DNA of 64,000 bases from Candidatus Levyibacteriota bacterium (GTDB lineage: Bacteria > Patescibacteriota > Microgenomatia > Levybacterales > UBA12049). The position numbers were made by a program, and so were the translations under genes. Of the stretch, positions 8,275-16,718 are shown piece after piece. Positions within the stretch are counted from its first letter, which is position 1. Each line of letters opens with the position of its first letter. The notes under the pieces are model-generated. The model did no database searches. It was not told the origin of the DNA and worked only from the letters and a program-made list of their open reading frames with translations. The stretch is taken from assembly GCA_016186645.1 (NCBI GenBank), contig JACPLF010000003.1, forward strand, positions 4,112-68,111, given 5' to 3'.

Positions 8275-9591
8275 ATGAAGGCATTGGAAGACATTGATTC
8301 GCAGATTTTTGCACTTATAAAACAGGAAGAAAAACGCACGGCATCCACTTTGGAGATGATTCCTTCCAATAATTATCCAAGTAAAGCAGTTCTTGAGGCG
8401 CTTGGTTCAATATTAAACTACAAATATTCCGAGGGCTATCCGAAAAAACGTTATTATCAAGGGCAAAGAATTGCTGATCAAGTAGAGATTTTGGCTCAAG
8501 AGCGGGCAAAAAAACTTTTTGGTGTACCCCATGCAAATGTACAGCCATATTCAGGAAGTCCTGCAAATACAGCAGTATATTTTGCGCTTTTAGAACCTTT
8601 TAAGGACAAAATTATGGGTTTATCCCTGGCATATGGCGGACACTTAACTCACGGATCTCCTGTTAGTTTTTCCGGAAAATACTTTAAAGTTGTTCCTTAT
8701 CAATTGGGGAAGGATGGACGTTTTGATTATGAAGAGATAGAAAAATTGGCAATTGCGGAGAAACCAAAAATCATTGTTTGCGGGGCAACTGCATACCCAA
8801 GAATTATTGATTTTAAAAGATTTGGGCAAATCGCAGACAAAGTTGGGGCGTATTTGCTCGCGGATATTTCTCACATTGCAGGTTTAATTATTGCTGGAGT
8901 TCACCCATCGCCAGTTGATCACGCCCATATTATCATGACTACAACACACAAAACATTGCGAGGCCCGCGGGGGGCGATGATTATGGTTACAGAAAAAGGA
9001 CTTAAAAAAGACCCGGAATTGGGGAATAAAATTGATAAGGCGGTTTTTCCAGGTTTGCAGGGAGGACCTCATGACAATCAAACAGCGGCAATCGCAGTTG
9101 CCCTTCGGCTGGCTTCGGGTAAACAGTTTAAAGTTTACATTGAGCACGTAGTGCGAAATGCAAAAGTGCTGGCTCAAGAGCTTGTTAAATTCAATTTTAA
9201 ATTAGTAAGCGGTGGAACAGACAATCACTTATTGTTAATTGATTTGTCCAACAAAAAAGTAAATGGCGCAGTTGCGGCTTTGGCTTTGGAAGTTGCGGGC
9301 ATTGTAATTAATAAAAACGCAGTGCCGGGTGACTTAATGCCTCCTTTTTATCCTTCCGGAATTAGATTAGGAACGCCCGCAATCACAACTCGCGGCATGA
9401 AAGAGCGGGAAATGGTAAAAATTGCAAATTGGATAAATGAGACGATTAATGAAGTTTCAAATCGGGTTTTGCCTGCGAATAAAGAACAACGAAAGGAATT
9501 TTTCAAAAATTTCCGTGAAGAAGTTTTCAAAAACAAAAAACTATTACAAATCGCCAAAGAAGTGAGGGAGCTTTGCTCAAAGTTTCCTTAA
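8275..9591 (+). CDS. glyA: serine hydroxymethyltransferase
   Basis: Full-length SHMT; the PLP-lysine region is in THKTLRGPRG. Confidence 0.95.
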   Translation: MKALEDIDSQIFALIKQEEKRTASTLEMIPSNNYPSKAVLEALGSILNYKYSEGYPKKRYYQGQRIADQVEILAQERAKKLFGVPHANVQPYSGSPANTAVYFALLEPFKDKIMGLSLAYGGHLTHGSPVSFSGKYFKVVPYQLGKDGRFDYEEIEKLAIAEKPKIIVCGATAYPRIIDFKRFGQIADKVGAYLLADISHIAGLIIAGVHPSPVDHAHIIMTTTHKTLRGPRGAMIMVTEKGLKKDPELGNKIDKAVFPGLQGGPHDNQTAAIAVALRLASGKQFKVYIEHVVRNAKVLAQELVKFNFKLVSGGTDNHLLLIDLSNKKVNGAVAALALEVAGIVINKNAVPGDLMPPFYPSGIRLGTPAITTRGMKEREMVKIANWINETINEVSNRVLPANKEQRKEFFKNFREEVFKNKKLLQIAKEVRELCSKFP

Positions 9592-9673
9592 GACTTTTAA
9601 TCCGGGCATTTAATCACCAATTTTTAGAATTCAAACTGCTCTCAAAAACAAATTTAGACATCTGATTATTTAC

Positions 9674-9684
9674 AGCGATCGCAT
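9674..9684. repeat. AGCGATCGCAT (HIP1-like 11-mer) copy; five identical copies in the window
   Basis: Copies at 4342-4352, 9674-9684, 23653-23663, 34208-34218 and 40775-40785. Each continues into similar A-rich ATCA(G/T)A context. Confidence 0.7.
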
Positions 9685-9713
9685 AAAAAAATCAGATAAC
9701 TAAATGTAAATTT

Positions 9714-9867
9714 ACCCCGTTACCCAATGTCCCATCCGTTAGGATGCGGGTTTCTAGTGGCGTGAAGCGAAAATTCAATAATGCCCGGACCCGCTTCGCC
9801 CAAGCTCCCGCCTAGACTCGGCGAGGCTGGTCAGCGAGGCGAGCCGTAAGGTCGTGGGTAACGGGGT
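9714..9867. repeat. 154-bp MITE-like element with 13-bp perfect terminal inverted repeats; the interior carries a 57-mer that is also present inside dnaX
   Basis: ACCCCGTTACCCA at 9714-9726 and TGGGTAACGGGGT at 9855-9867. Interior 9788-9844 matches 25870-25926 at 55 of 57 positions. Confidence 0.7.
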
Positions 9868-9978
9868 TTACTGAATTCCTGTTATTGTAAGACTGAGGTG
9901 TCAAGCTAACACACCCCAGGGGTGTACGAGGGGAGTGTTCTGTCAGGAAAAAGTCGAGTTGAAAATGAAATCATCTTA

Positions 9979-9987
9979 TGCTATAAT
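9979..9987 (+). promoter_or_regulatory. extended -10 promoter TGCTATAAT, 8 nt upstream of the ATG at 9996 (leaderless start)
   Basis: Sequence tgctataat ccgatagt ATG. Confidence 0.5.
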
Positions 9988-9995
9988 CCGATAGT

Positions 9996-11522
9996 ATGAT
10001 AGGCACAAAGGAAGCAGTTTCTCGTACATTTCCAGAAACTCTAAGTGGAGAGCAAAACAGCTTCGTAGGTTTTATTGACCAAAATAGAGATCTTTTTGAG
10101 AGACATACTTCTTCGACTTATGAGTTAAGAGATGAACGAGATGGCTGGAGAAATTCTCCCACGATAAGTGAAGTGGCGCATAAGCACGCAGTTCTGTCAC
10201 TGCCTCTTAGGGGGGGGCATAATGCGTCTCCTCCAAACACCAGAGAATGGAAGCGGCATGAAGAGAGGATAAGAGATGCTATCGATAGGGAAATCTTTAG
10301 CAGCCCTGATGGAAAAAATACTTTGCCTGCAAAGCGACCGCCTCTTGATTCAATTTGGGCGAAAACAACTCCTTTACAAAGAGCTGAAATACAAGAATTA
10401 ATGGGCAGGACTGAAGAATTTCAAGCAGACTTCCTTGCGGCAATAGCGCCTTTAGCCGCAGAAGTTGAACAATTAAAAGAGGAATTATTTTCCAATTTCA
10501 AAAATTATCTGTTTTCAGATCCTGACGGCATTTTCGCCGTTAGAGATTTCCTAACAGATAAAAAATTCGCGTCTCAGAGAGAAACCATAAGACCTTTTCT
10601 TGCCAGTTTTGTTCAGAGTGAAGATAAGTTAGCAAAAGACGGCAAGAGAGGAATATTGGGCGAGACAGTTAAAAAGTGGGCAGATGAAATTTCGAAAAGA
10701 GTAACTCCAGTTCTTGTTGACGAATTTGTTGAGTCTATTAGAAATCCTAATGTTCTTGAATGGCTGGAATTTGCAGCAAATATGCCTATAAGCGTTCTGG
10801 GTACAACTGAGGAAAGGGATAAAGATTTGATAAGAGATAGCATTGTCAGTTTTCTTAAGAGCCGTCCGGATGTTTCTTTTTGGCCGCCAGAACTCAAAAA
10901 AGCATTATCCTCTTTTGCTTCATCTAAATATGCTACCGCGCGTTCTTCTGTAGAAAAGGGGTTAGAAGGGTTTAGAAGACCGTTGAGTTCAAAACCGGCA
11001 CCGCAGATCCATCTGGAACCAGAAAAGAAAATAGAAGGGGCGCCTGTTCAGGAAGATGCCAAAAAAGAACCAGATGATAAAAAAGGTGCATCAGAAAAGG
11101 CTGAAAAAAGAAAATATCCGATTGGGATATTGACAAAAGAAAGCGGATCGTCGCATGGGTTTGACATTAGGGTTTTAACAGAAGAGGAACTGAAAGATTT
11201 TTTACGAGAAAAGGCTGATTCTTTTGCTTCTTCGGATTTAAAAATGGCGGGAGATTTTAGAACTATAGTTGCCAGTCTGCGAGAGGATCCTTATGGGTTT
11301 GGCACAAAAAAACTCAACAACATGTCTGTTGGAATTGGTAAAACAAAAAGTTCTCCCATTCGAAGCATGGATCCTGGAAAAAGAATCGGCCTTCATCTTG
11401 AACATCCGGAATCGCAGAAAATTAGAATTGCTTATGTTATTTATGGAAGCGGAGACGATAAAGTAATTGTTATTGAAGGAATTTATAGTCATGATGATTA
11501 TGACAGTAAATTTGGAGCATAG
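9996..11522 (+). CDS. hypothetical 508-aa protein with a C-terminal RelE/ParE-like toxin fold
   Basis: C-terminal about 100 aa (LKDFLRE...DPYGFGTKKLNN...IRIAYVIYGSGDDKVIVIEGIYSHDDY) follows the RelE/ParE pattern. The N-terminal 400 aa are unrecognised. The gene is GC-richer than the flanking sequence. Confidence 0.5.
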   Translation: MIGTKEAVSRTFPETLSGEQNSFVGFIDQNRDLFERHTSSTYELRDERDGWRNSPTISEVAHKHAVLSLPLRGGHNASPPNTREWKRHEERIRDAIDREIFSSPDGKNTLPAKRPPLDSIWAKTTPLQRAEIQELMGRTEEFQADFLAAIAPLAAEVEQLKEELFSNFKNYLFSDPDGIFAVRDFLTDKKFASQRETIRPFLASFVQSEDKLAKDGKRGILGETVKKWADEISKRVTPVLVDEFVESIRNPNVLEWLEFAANMPISVLGTTEERDKDLIRDSIVSFLKSRPDVSFWPPELKKALSSFASSKYATARSSVEKGLEGFRRPLSSKPAPQIHLEPEKKIEGAPVQEDAKKEPDDKKGASEKAEKRKYPIGILTKESGSSHGFDIRVLTEEELKDFLREKADSFASSDLKMAGDFRTIVASLREDPYGFGTKKLNNMSVGIGKTKSSPIRSMDPGKRIGLHLEHPESQKIRIAYVIYGSGDDKVIVIEGIYSHDDYDSKFGA

Positions 11523-11609
11523 GACTCCGGATAGACTTTTAGGACTTCTTCCGCCAACTGGCGGATTTGACTTTCTCGGCTTTAATTGTTATTCTCCGAT
11601 TATAAATTT

Positions 11610-11960
11610 ATGTCAAAAATAGAACGCTTAAGAGAAGAAATAGCTGGCTCAGGCCTATTAAACCATCATACATTAGACGTTATCGGAGTAAAACATAGAC
11701 GTTTTTATGGCGACGAAGAAAGTAAGGGCCATAGAGCAGAACAGCGAAGAGCCCAATTTGCGCAAGGATTCCCAGGGATGCAATTTAATCGTGCATTAGG
11801 AAAAATGCTTGATGGAACCGCAACTCAAGAGGATGTAGAATACGTTTTTAGTAACGTTCATCGATATGAACAAGTGATTGAAAGATGTAAAACGGAAAAA
11901 CGGTCAGTTACAATTACAATTGTTGATTTTACTCCACCCAATTCTGAAAATTTATCCTGA
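11610..11960 (+). CDS. hypothetical protein (116 aa); possible partner of the upstream RelE-fusion gene
   Basis: ORF track (11586 TTG or 11610 ATG). GC-richer than the flanking sequence. Confidence 0.4.
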   Translation: MSKIERLREEIAGSGLLNHHTLDVIGVKHRRFYGDEESKGHRAEQRRAQFAQGFPGMQFNRALGKMLDGTATQEDVEYVFSNVHRYEQVIERCKTEKRSVTITIVDFTPPNSENLS

Positions 11961-11974
11961 CACACTATGTATAT

Positions 11975-12003
11975 TTGTATTATTCTTGGCAATCTATTAT
12001 AAT
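11975..12003 (+). promoter_or_regulatory. sigma70-like promoter TTGTAT-N17-TATAAT upstream of rpsB
   Basis: -35 at 11975-11980, -10 at 11998-12003. Followed by the structured leader 12072-12142. Confidence 0.5.
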
Positions 12004-12071
12004 GCTTATATTCTAACACTCTGATTTTTATCCCTGTCCCGACGAATCGGGAAATAATCAGAGGAGGATAA

Positions 12072-12142
12072 CCCGCCTAAGCTTGCTTTGCAGCTTTTCA
12101 GTATTATTCATACACGCTGCAAAGAGCGCTTTAGCGGCGGGT
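12072..12142. repeat. CCGCCTAAG...CTTTAGCGGCGG palindromic element (family 2), copy in the rpsB 5' leader
   Basis: Arms cccgcctaagc and gctttagcggcggg, with an inner gctttgcagc/gctgcaaagagc hairpin. Homologous copies at 23554-23614 and 23768-23910. Confidence 0.6.
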
Positions 12143-12154
12143 AAAGGGAGAAAT

Positions 12155-12973
12155 ATGAGAGAAATTACACTGGAAGAATTATTGGAGGCAGGCTGTCATT
12201 TTGGCCACCAGGTCACAAGAAGCAATCCCAAGGCTCGTGATTTTATATTTGAAGCCCGCGATAATATCCACATTATTGATTTAGCCAAAACAAAAGAAGG
12301 GCTCGTTGAGGCCGCCGCTTTTGTCAAAGATTTAGCATCCAAAAATGGAACTTTGGTAGTTGTCGGAACAAAAAGACAGGCAAAAGCGATTGTGGAAGAA
12401 GCCCTACGCCTTGCTCAGGATAAAGGAGCAGGGGAAGGACTTTATTATATAACTAACCGTTGGGTTGGAGGACTTTTGACAAATTTCTCCGAGGTTTCCA
12501 AAAACTTTAAAAAATATGCAGATTTCGTAACTGATTTGCAGGATGACGAAGTAAAAGCAAGATATACAAAAAAAGAAATAGGCGGGTGGGAGAAAGAAAG
12601 CCGCAAGTTGGAAAATCTTTACGGCGGAGTTGCGAAAATTACAAAAAAACCTGATGCATTATTTATTATCGACTCCCATTTGGAAGATTTGGCAGTTAGG
12701 GAAGCTTTAGCTACACATATTCCAACTGTCGGAATAGTTGATACAAATGCAGACCCGGCTGTTTTAGACTATCCAATTCCTGCCAACGACGATGCAGTCG
12801 GTTCGATAAAATTAATCGTAAGCTATATAATTGATGCGTGGATAGAAGGCCGCAAGGAAGCCGAACTAAGAATTAAGAATGAAGAATTAAAAGTTAAAAA
12901 AGAAGCTGAAAAGGCAGAAGCAAAAGCATCTAAGGTACAAGTTAAAACCGTTGCAAAAAAGAAAAAGAAATAA
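12155..12973 (+). CDS. rpsB: 30S ribosomal protein S2
   Basis: MREITLEELLEAGCHFGHQ N-terminus. SD AAGGGAG at 12144-12150. Confidence 0.95.
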   Translation: MREITLEELLEAGCHFGHQVTRSNPKARDFIFEARDNIHIIDLAKTKEGLVEAAAFVKDLASKNGTLVVVGTKRQAKAIVEEALRLAQDKGAGEGLYYITNRWVGGLLTNFSEVSKNFKKYADFVTDLQDDEVKARYTKKEIGGWEKESRKLENLYGGVAKITKKPDALFIIDSHLEDLAVREALATHIPTVGIVDTNADPAVLDYPIPANDDAVGSIKLIVSYIIDAWIEGRKEAELRIKNEELKVKKEAEKAEAKASKVQVKTVAKKKKK

Positions 12974-13002
12974 TTGTTAAATTGTTACATTGTTAAATTG
13001 TT
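12973..13002. repeat. tandem 8-bp AAATTGTT-type repeats (about 4 units) between rpsB and tsf
   Basis: taattgttaaattgttacattgttaaattgtt. Similar arrays at 23078-23150 and inside pepP at 62513-62545. Confidence 0.6.
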
Positions 13003-13458
13003 ATGATAGGCTTGGAACTTCTAAGAAAACTTCGAAACGAGACACAGGCGGGGATTGCCGATTGCAGGAGGGCTTTGGAAGAATCGAATAATGATTATAA
13101 AAAAGCACTCGTTTGGCTTAGAGCTCACGGATTGGAAAAAGCCGCCAAAAAGAAAGACCGCCAGACCTCTCAAGGATTAGTAGAATCATACATTCATCAA
13201 AATGGACGGGTTGGAGCGTTGGTGGAAGTTTTGTGCGAGACCGATTTTGTTGCCCGAACAGACGAATTCAAACATTTTGTACACGAAATTTGCATGCAGG
13301 TCGCAGCAATGAAACCAAAAGATGTACCAGCACTTTTGAAACAGGAATACATTAGAGACGGTTCAAAAACTATTGAAAGTTTGATAAAAGAAACAATCGC
13401 AAAGTTAGGTGAAAATATAGTTGTCAAAAGACTCCAAAGATTTGGAATAGGAGAATAA
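13003..13458 (+). CDS. tsf: elongation factor Ts (short form)
   Basis: UBA-like N-terminus (GIADCRRALEESNNDYKKALVWLR) and a dimerisation core. At 151 aa it is the truncated form seen in reduced genomes. Confidence 0.8.
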   Translation: MIGLELLRKLRNETQAGIADCRRALEESNNDYKKALVWLRAHGLEKAAKKKDRQTSQGLVESYIHQNGRVGALVEVLCETDFVARTDEFKHFVHEICMQVAAMKPKDVPALLKQEYIRDGSKTIESLIKETIAKLGENIVVKRLQRFGIGE

Positions 13459-13483
13459 ATTTCTGCCCAAAGGGGGTGAAAAT

Positions 13484-13963
13484 ATGTCTATTAAAGAAGC
13501 ATTACAAAGGAGAGAAACGGAAAGAGTAGGGAGAATCCCGCAAACGGACCTGACCGGGGAAGCTCGTCTATTAAGAGTTGCGGCAGATCGTAGACTTCTT
13601 GACAAGGCGAAAGTTCCCGCACTATTAGATGAATTAATGGAAGTTATTAAGTCAGAGTTTCCAGATGTGGAAAAGATGACAGTCATCAGCCCAGAAGACG
13701 CGTCCCTGTCTATCGTATGGAATCGTAGAGATGAAATACTATCTGGTGCCACACCAGAGATGGTTCCAATCTGTTGGGTAAACAAGATAACGATTATGCC
13801 GGATTCACAGGCTTCTGAACTAGCTATTGAGGGGTATGAGACAGAAATATTGACAAGAAAACAATGGGGCAATCATGGGGTTTTAGAAGGTGCTATTGTT
13901 CGGGCGTACAGGAACCCATCGCATGTTGTTGATATTCCGACTACAACCATGGTCCCACATTGA
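13484..13963 (+). CDS. hypothetical protein (159 aa), GC-richer than its surroundings; sits where pyrH usually lies
   Basis: Strong SD AAGGGGGTG; no family recognised. Confidence 0.5.
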   Translation: MSIKEALQRRETERVGRIPQTDLTGEARLLRVAADRRLLDKAKVPALLDELMEVIKSEFPDVEKMTVISPEDASLSIVWNRRDEILSGATPEMVPICWVNKITIMPDSQASELAIEGYETEILTRKQWGNHGVLEGAIVRAYRNPSHVVDIPTTTMVPH

Positions 13964-14223
13964 AAGTAGGAGGTCGATGTACATTGAGTTCCTACATGGA
14001 AAGTGGAAGCACGAAGGCGTCAACTAGATTGATTAAATAGTCCTTTTTTACTAAATCTAGCAAATCAATTAGTGTTTCGTTGTCTAGACAACGAAACAAC
14101 TGTGTTTGGGTAACCCAGTGTTCAGATACGAAACAACACCGGGTGTTGACTAGGTTTGAACATCGGGATTTCTAATACCCCAATTGCTAATAATTCTTTT
14201 ATTTGTTATTCTATGTAAGAATT

Positions 14224-14784
14224 ATGGATAACACGGTTTCGGAAATGCGGAGTAAGATGCAAAAAGCATTAATGATTTTGCAAGAAGATTTCTCAACAGT
14301 TCGCACAGGACGAGCCATGCCGTCTTTGGTTGAAAACGTTATAGTTAGTGTTTACGCTGGAGCGCAAAGACTTAGAATTAAAGAGCTTACTACAATTTCT
14401 GCGTCCGATCCTCAGACTTTGGTTCTTACGCCATTTGACCCATCAATTGCTTCGGAAATACAAAAAGGAATAATGACAGCCAATATCGGGCTTACTCCAT
14501 CATCGGATGGAAATATCATCAGGATTTCGATTCCGCCTTTGTCTGAGGAGCGAAGACGCGATTTGATAAAACTCATGAAGCAAAAACTTGAAAATGGAAA
14601 AGTCGCGATTCGCCAGATTAGGCAGGACGCAAGAAATATTGTCAGAAAAAAACATAATGACAGAGAAATTTCTGAGGAGCAAATGTATAGAACAGATCAG
14701 GATATACAAAAAATAACAGATGAAATTATTCTTGCAGTTGATGAGATGGGAAGGAAGAAAGAAGCGGAACTTCTTCAGATATAA
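14224..14784 (+). CDS. frr: ribosome recycling factor
   Basis: Full-length RRF signature throughout. Confidence 0.9.
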   Translation: MDNTVSEMRSKMQKALMILQEDFSTVRTGRAMPSLVENVIVSVYAGAQRLRIKELTTISASDPQTLVLTPFDPSIASEIQKGIMTANIGLTPSSDGNIIRISIPPLSEERRRDLIKLMKQKLENGKVAIRQIRQDARNIVRKKHNDREISEEQMYRTDQDIQKITDEIILAVDEMGRKKEAELLQI

Positions 14785-14856
14785 GATTTACGAATTATGA
14801 TTTACGATTCTTAATTCTTAAATCCTAAATCTTAAATCATCTAGAGTATTCCAATT

Positions 14857-16041
14857 ATGTTAATTACAATACTCGTTTTTCTACTTATTTTAAGCATTCT
14901 CGTGTTGATCCATGAAGCCGGGCATTTTTTTGTTGCGAAAAAATTCGGAATAAAAGTTGAGGAGTTTGGCTTTGGTTTTCCGCCAAGAGTGTTTAGTTTT
15001 AAAAAAGGAGAAACCATTTATTCTATAAACTGGCTGCCAATCGGGGGATTTGTAAAATTGTATGGGGAAGATGAAGCCCCCCTTCGCTCAGATTCTCCTC
15101 GTGGTCTACGTCCACGCAGTCGAAACTTCGCTTCGGAGGGGCAAGCATTTTTTGCGAAGAGCGCTTGGCAGAGAGCGACAGTAATTATTGCAGGAGTTGT
15201 AATGAATGCTGTTTTGGCTGCTGTTATTTTCTACATCTTTCTTGGCGTTTCAGGATTCAAAACAGAATTACCCCTTCTTTCTGATTATAAATTCGTAGGG
15301 GTAAATCAGACAAATCTACAGCAGGTAGTAATTTCAGCCATTGCTAAAAACTCACCCGCGGAAAAACAAGGGTTAAAGCCTCTCACTAAAGTTATTTCTG
15401 TAAATGGGCAAGAAATTAAAGATTCAAAAGAATTTATAAGTATTGTTGGTTTGAACAGAGGCAAAGAAATTGAGATTGCGTGGAGCAATTTGCAAACTAA
15501 CGAAACTCATAAGACCAAAGTGACTCCTCGAATAAATCCTCCGAAAAATGAAGGGGCATTGGGTGTCGGACTGTTTTCGCTTTCCACTGCGGTTTTGAAT
15601 TATGAAACTCCAATTCAAAAAACTTTTTCAGGCATAATTCACCCTATAAATTTAATGTCCTACAACCTAAACGTAATGGGGAATTTGGTAAAGTCATCTT
15701 TTGAAAAAAAGACCACAGAGCCAATCAGTCAGGGTATATCCGGACCTGTTGGAATCGCTTCTCTAACCGGAAGTATTTTGGAAATACAAAATTTAAAAGA
15801 AAAATTATTAGGCCTTCTTAACCTGGCAGGCATTTTGTCTATTTCTTTGGCATTTTTCAATGTGTTGCCGATACCGGCCCTTGATGGAGGAAGATTGTTT
15901 TTTATTTTGATTGAAGCTGTAATAGGAAGGAAAGTGAATCAGAGAATCGAATCTTTTACTCATTCAGTCGGAATGGCTCTTCTTCTTGGCCTAATGCTTC
16001 TTATTACGTTTAAAGATATAGGAAAACTATTTATCAAATGA
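14857..16041 (+). CDS. rseP: RseP-like site-2 zinc metalloprotease (M50) with a PDZ domain
   Basis: HEAGHFFVAKKFG motif and the C-terminal LDGG region. Carries a GC-rich in-frame insert at about 15071-15150. Confidence 0.85.
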   Translation: MLITILVFLLILSILVLIHEAGHFFVAKKFGIKVEEFGFGFPPRVFSFKKGETIYSINWLPIGGFVKLYGEDEAPLRSDSPRGLRPRSRNFASEGQAFFAKSAWQRATVIIAGVVMNAVLAAVIFYIFLGVSGFKTELPLLSDYKFVGVNQTNLQQVVISAIAKNSPAEKQGLKPLTKVISVNGQEIKDSKEFISIVGLNRGKEIEIAWSNLQTNETHKTKVTPRINPPKNEGALGVGLFSLSTAVLNYETPIQKTFSGIIHPINLMSYNLNVMGNLVKSSFEKKTTEPISQGISGPVGIASLTGSILEIQNLKEKLLGLLNLAGILSISLAFFNVLPIPALDGGRLFFILIEAVIGRKVNQRIESFTHSVGMALLLGLMLLITFKDIGKLFIK

Positions 16042-16709
16042 AAAAGGTTACCATAATTACAGTAGAAAATCAGCAAGAAGGCTTGGCTGCTGCAAAGTAT
16101 TTGCTATACAAAAAAGTTGACGATCAAACACTGCTTCTTCTCTCGGGGGGATCAACCCCAAAAGATTTGTACGAAACTATAGCGCAGGAAAAAAAGTTAA
16201 CGGCTAAAGCAGTTGGAATGGTTGATGAGAGGAAAGATAGAAGCAATTATAAAATGATAATGTCAACAGGATTATTGGATTATCTTAAGAATCTGAAAAT
16301 AAAATTTTACCCAATGATTTCTGCATCGTATTACGATAGGGACATACATAAACTTATAGGTTCATCTAAAAATAAAGCAGCTGTTATGGGTATTGGAGCA
16401 GATGGACACACAGCCGGCTTGCCAGCCGGAACTCAAATCTCAAATCTTAAATCTCAAAACTACGTAATAGATATAAATAATTTTCCTGGGGAGTTTAGAA
16501 AAAGAGTTACATTAACATTTAGAGCTCTTTTGAAAATGGATTTACTAATTGTCCTAGCTTTTGGCGAAAACAAAAAAGAGGCTTTGGAAAAAATGTTTGA
16601 CCCTTCGGCGGACTCAGGGCAAGAAGCGATTGAAGAAATTCCTGCAAGATTTTATCTTCGTCCCGATATTGCTCCTAAAACCCTTTTAATTACTGATCAG
16701 AAGATATAG
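16038..16709 (+). CDS. pgl: 6-phosphogluconolactonase
   Basis: GIGADGHTAGL motif of the NagB/DevB family. Confidence 0.7.
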   Translation: MKKVTIITVENQQEGLAAAKYLLYKKVDDQTLLLLSGGSTPKDLYETIAQEKKLTAKAVGMVDERKDRSNYKMIMSTGLLDYLKNLKIKFYPMISASYYDRDIHKLIGSSKNKAAVMGIGADGHTAGLPAGTQISNLKSQNYVIDINNFPGEFRKRVTLTFRALLKMDLLIVLAFGENKKEALEKMFDPSADSGQEAIEEIPARFYLRPDIAPKTLLITDQKI

Positions 16710-16718
16710 AATAATATT

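Noticed and set aside
8315-9557. Several 60-100 aa minus-strand ORFs within glyA
   Set aside because: They lie antisense to the full-length, highly conserved SHMT gene.
12973-13002. Possible CRISPR array (regular short repeats at 12973-13002, 23078-23150, 4083-4112)
   Set aside because: Units are 6-8 bp tandem repeats with no unique spacers and no cas genes. They are not CRISPR.
13405-13872. 155-aa minus-strand ORF overlapping the tsf end and the 13484 gene
   Set aside because: Ser-rich low-complexity translation antisense to a + strand gene that has a strong SD. Treated as a spurious antisense ORF.
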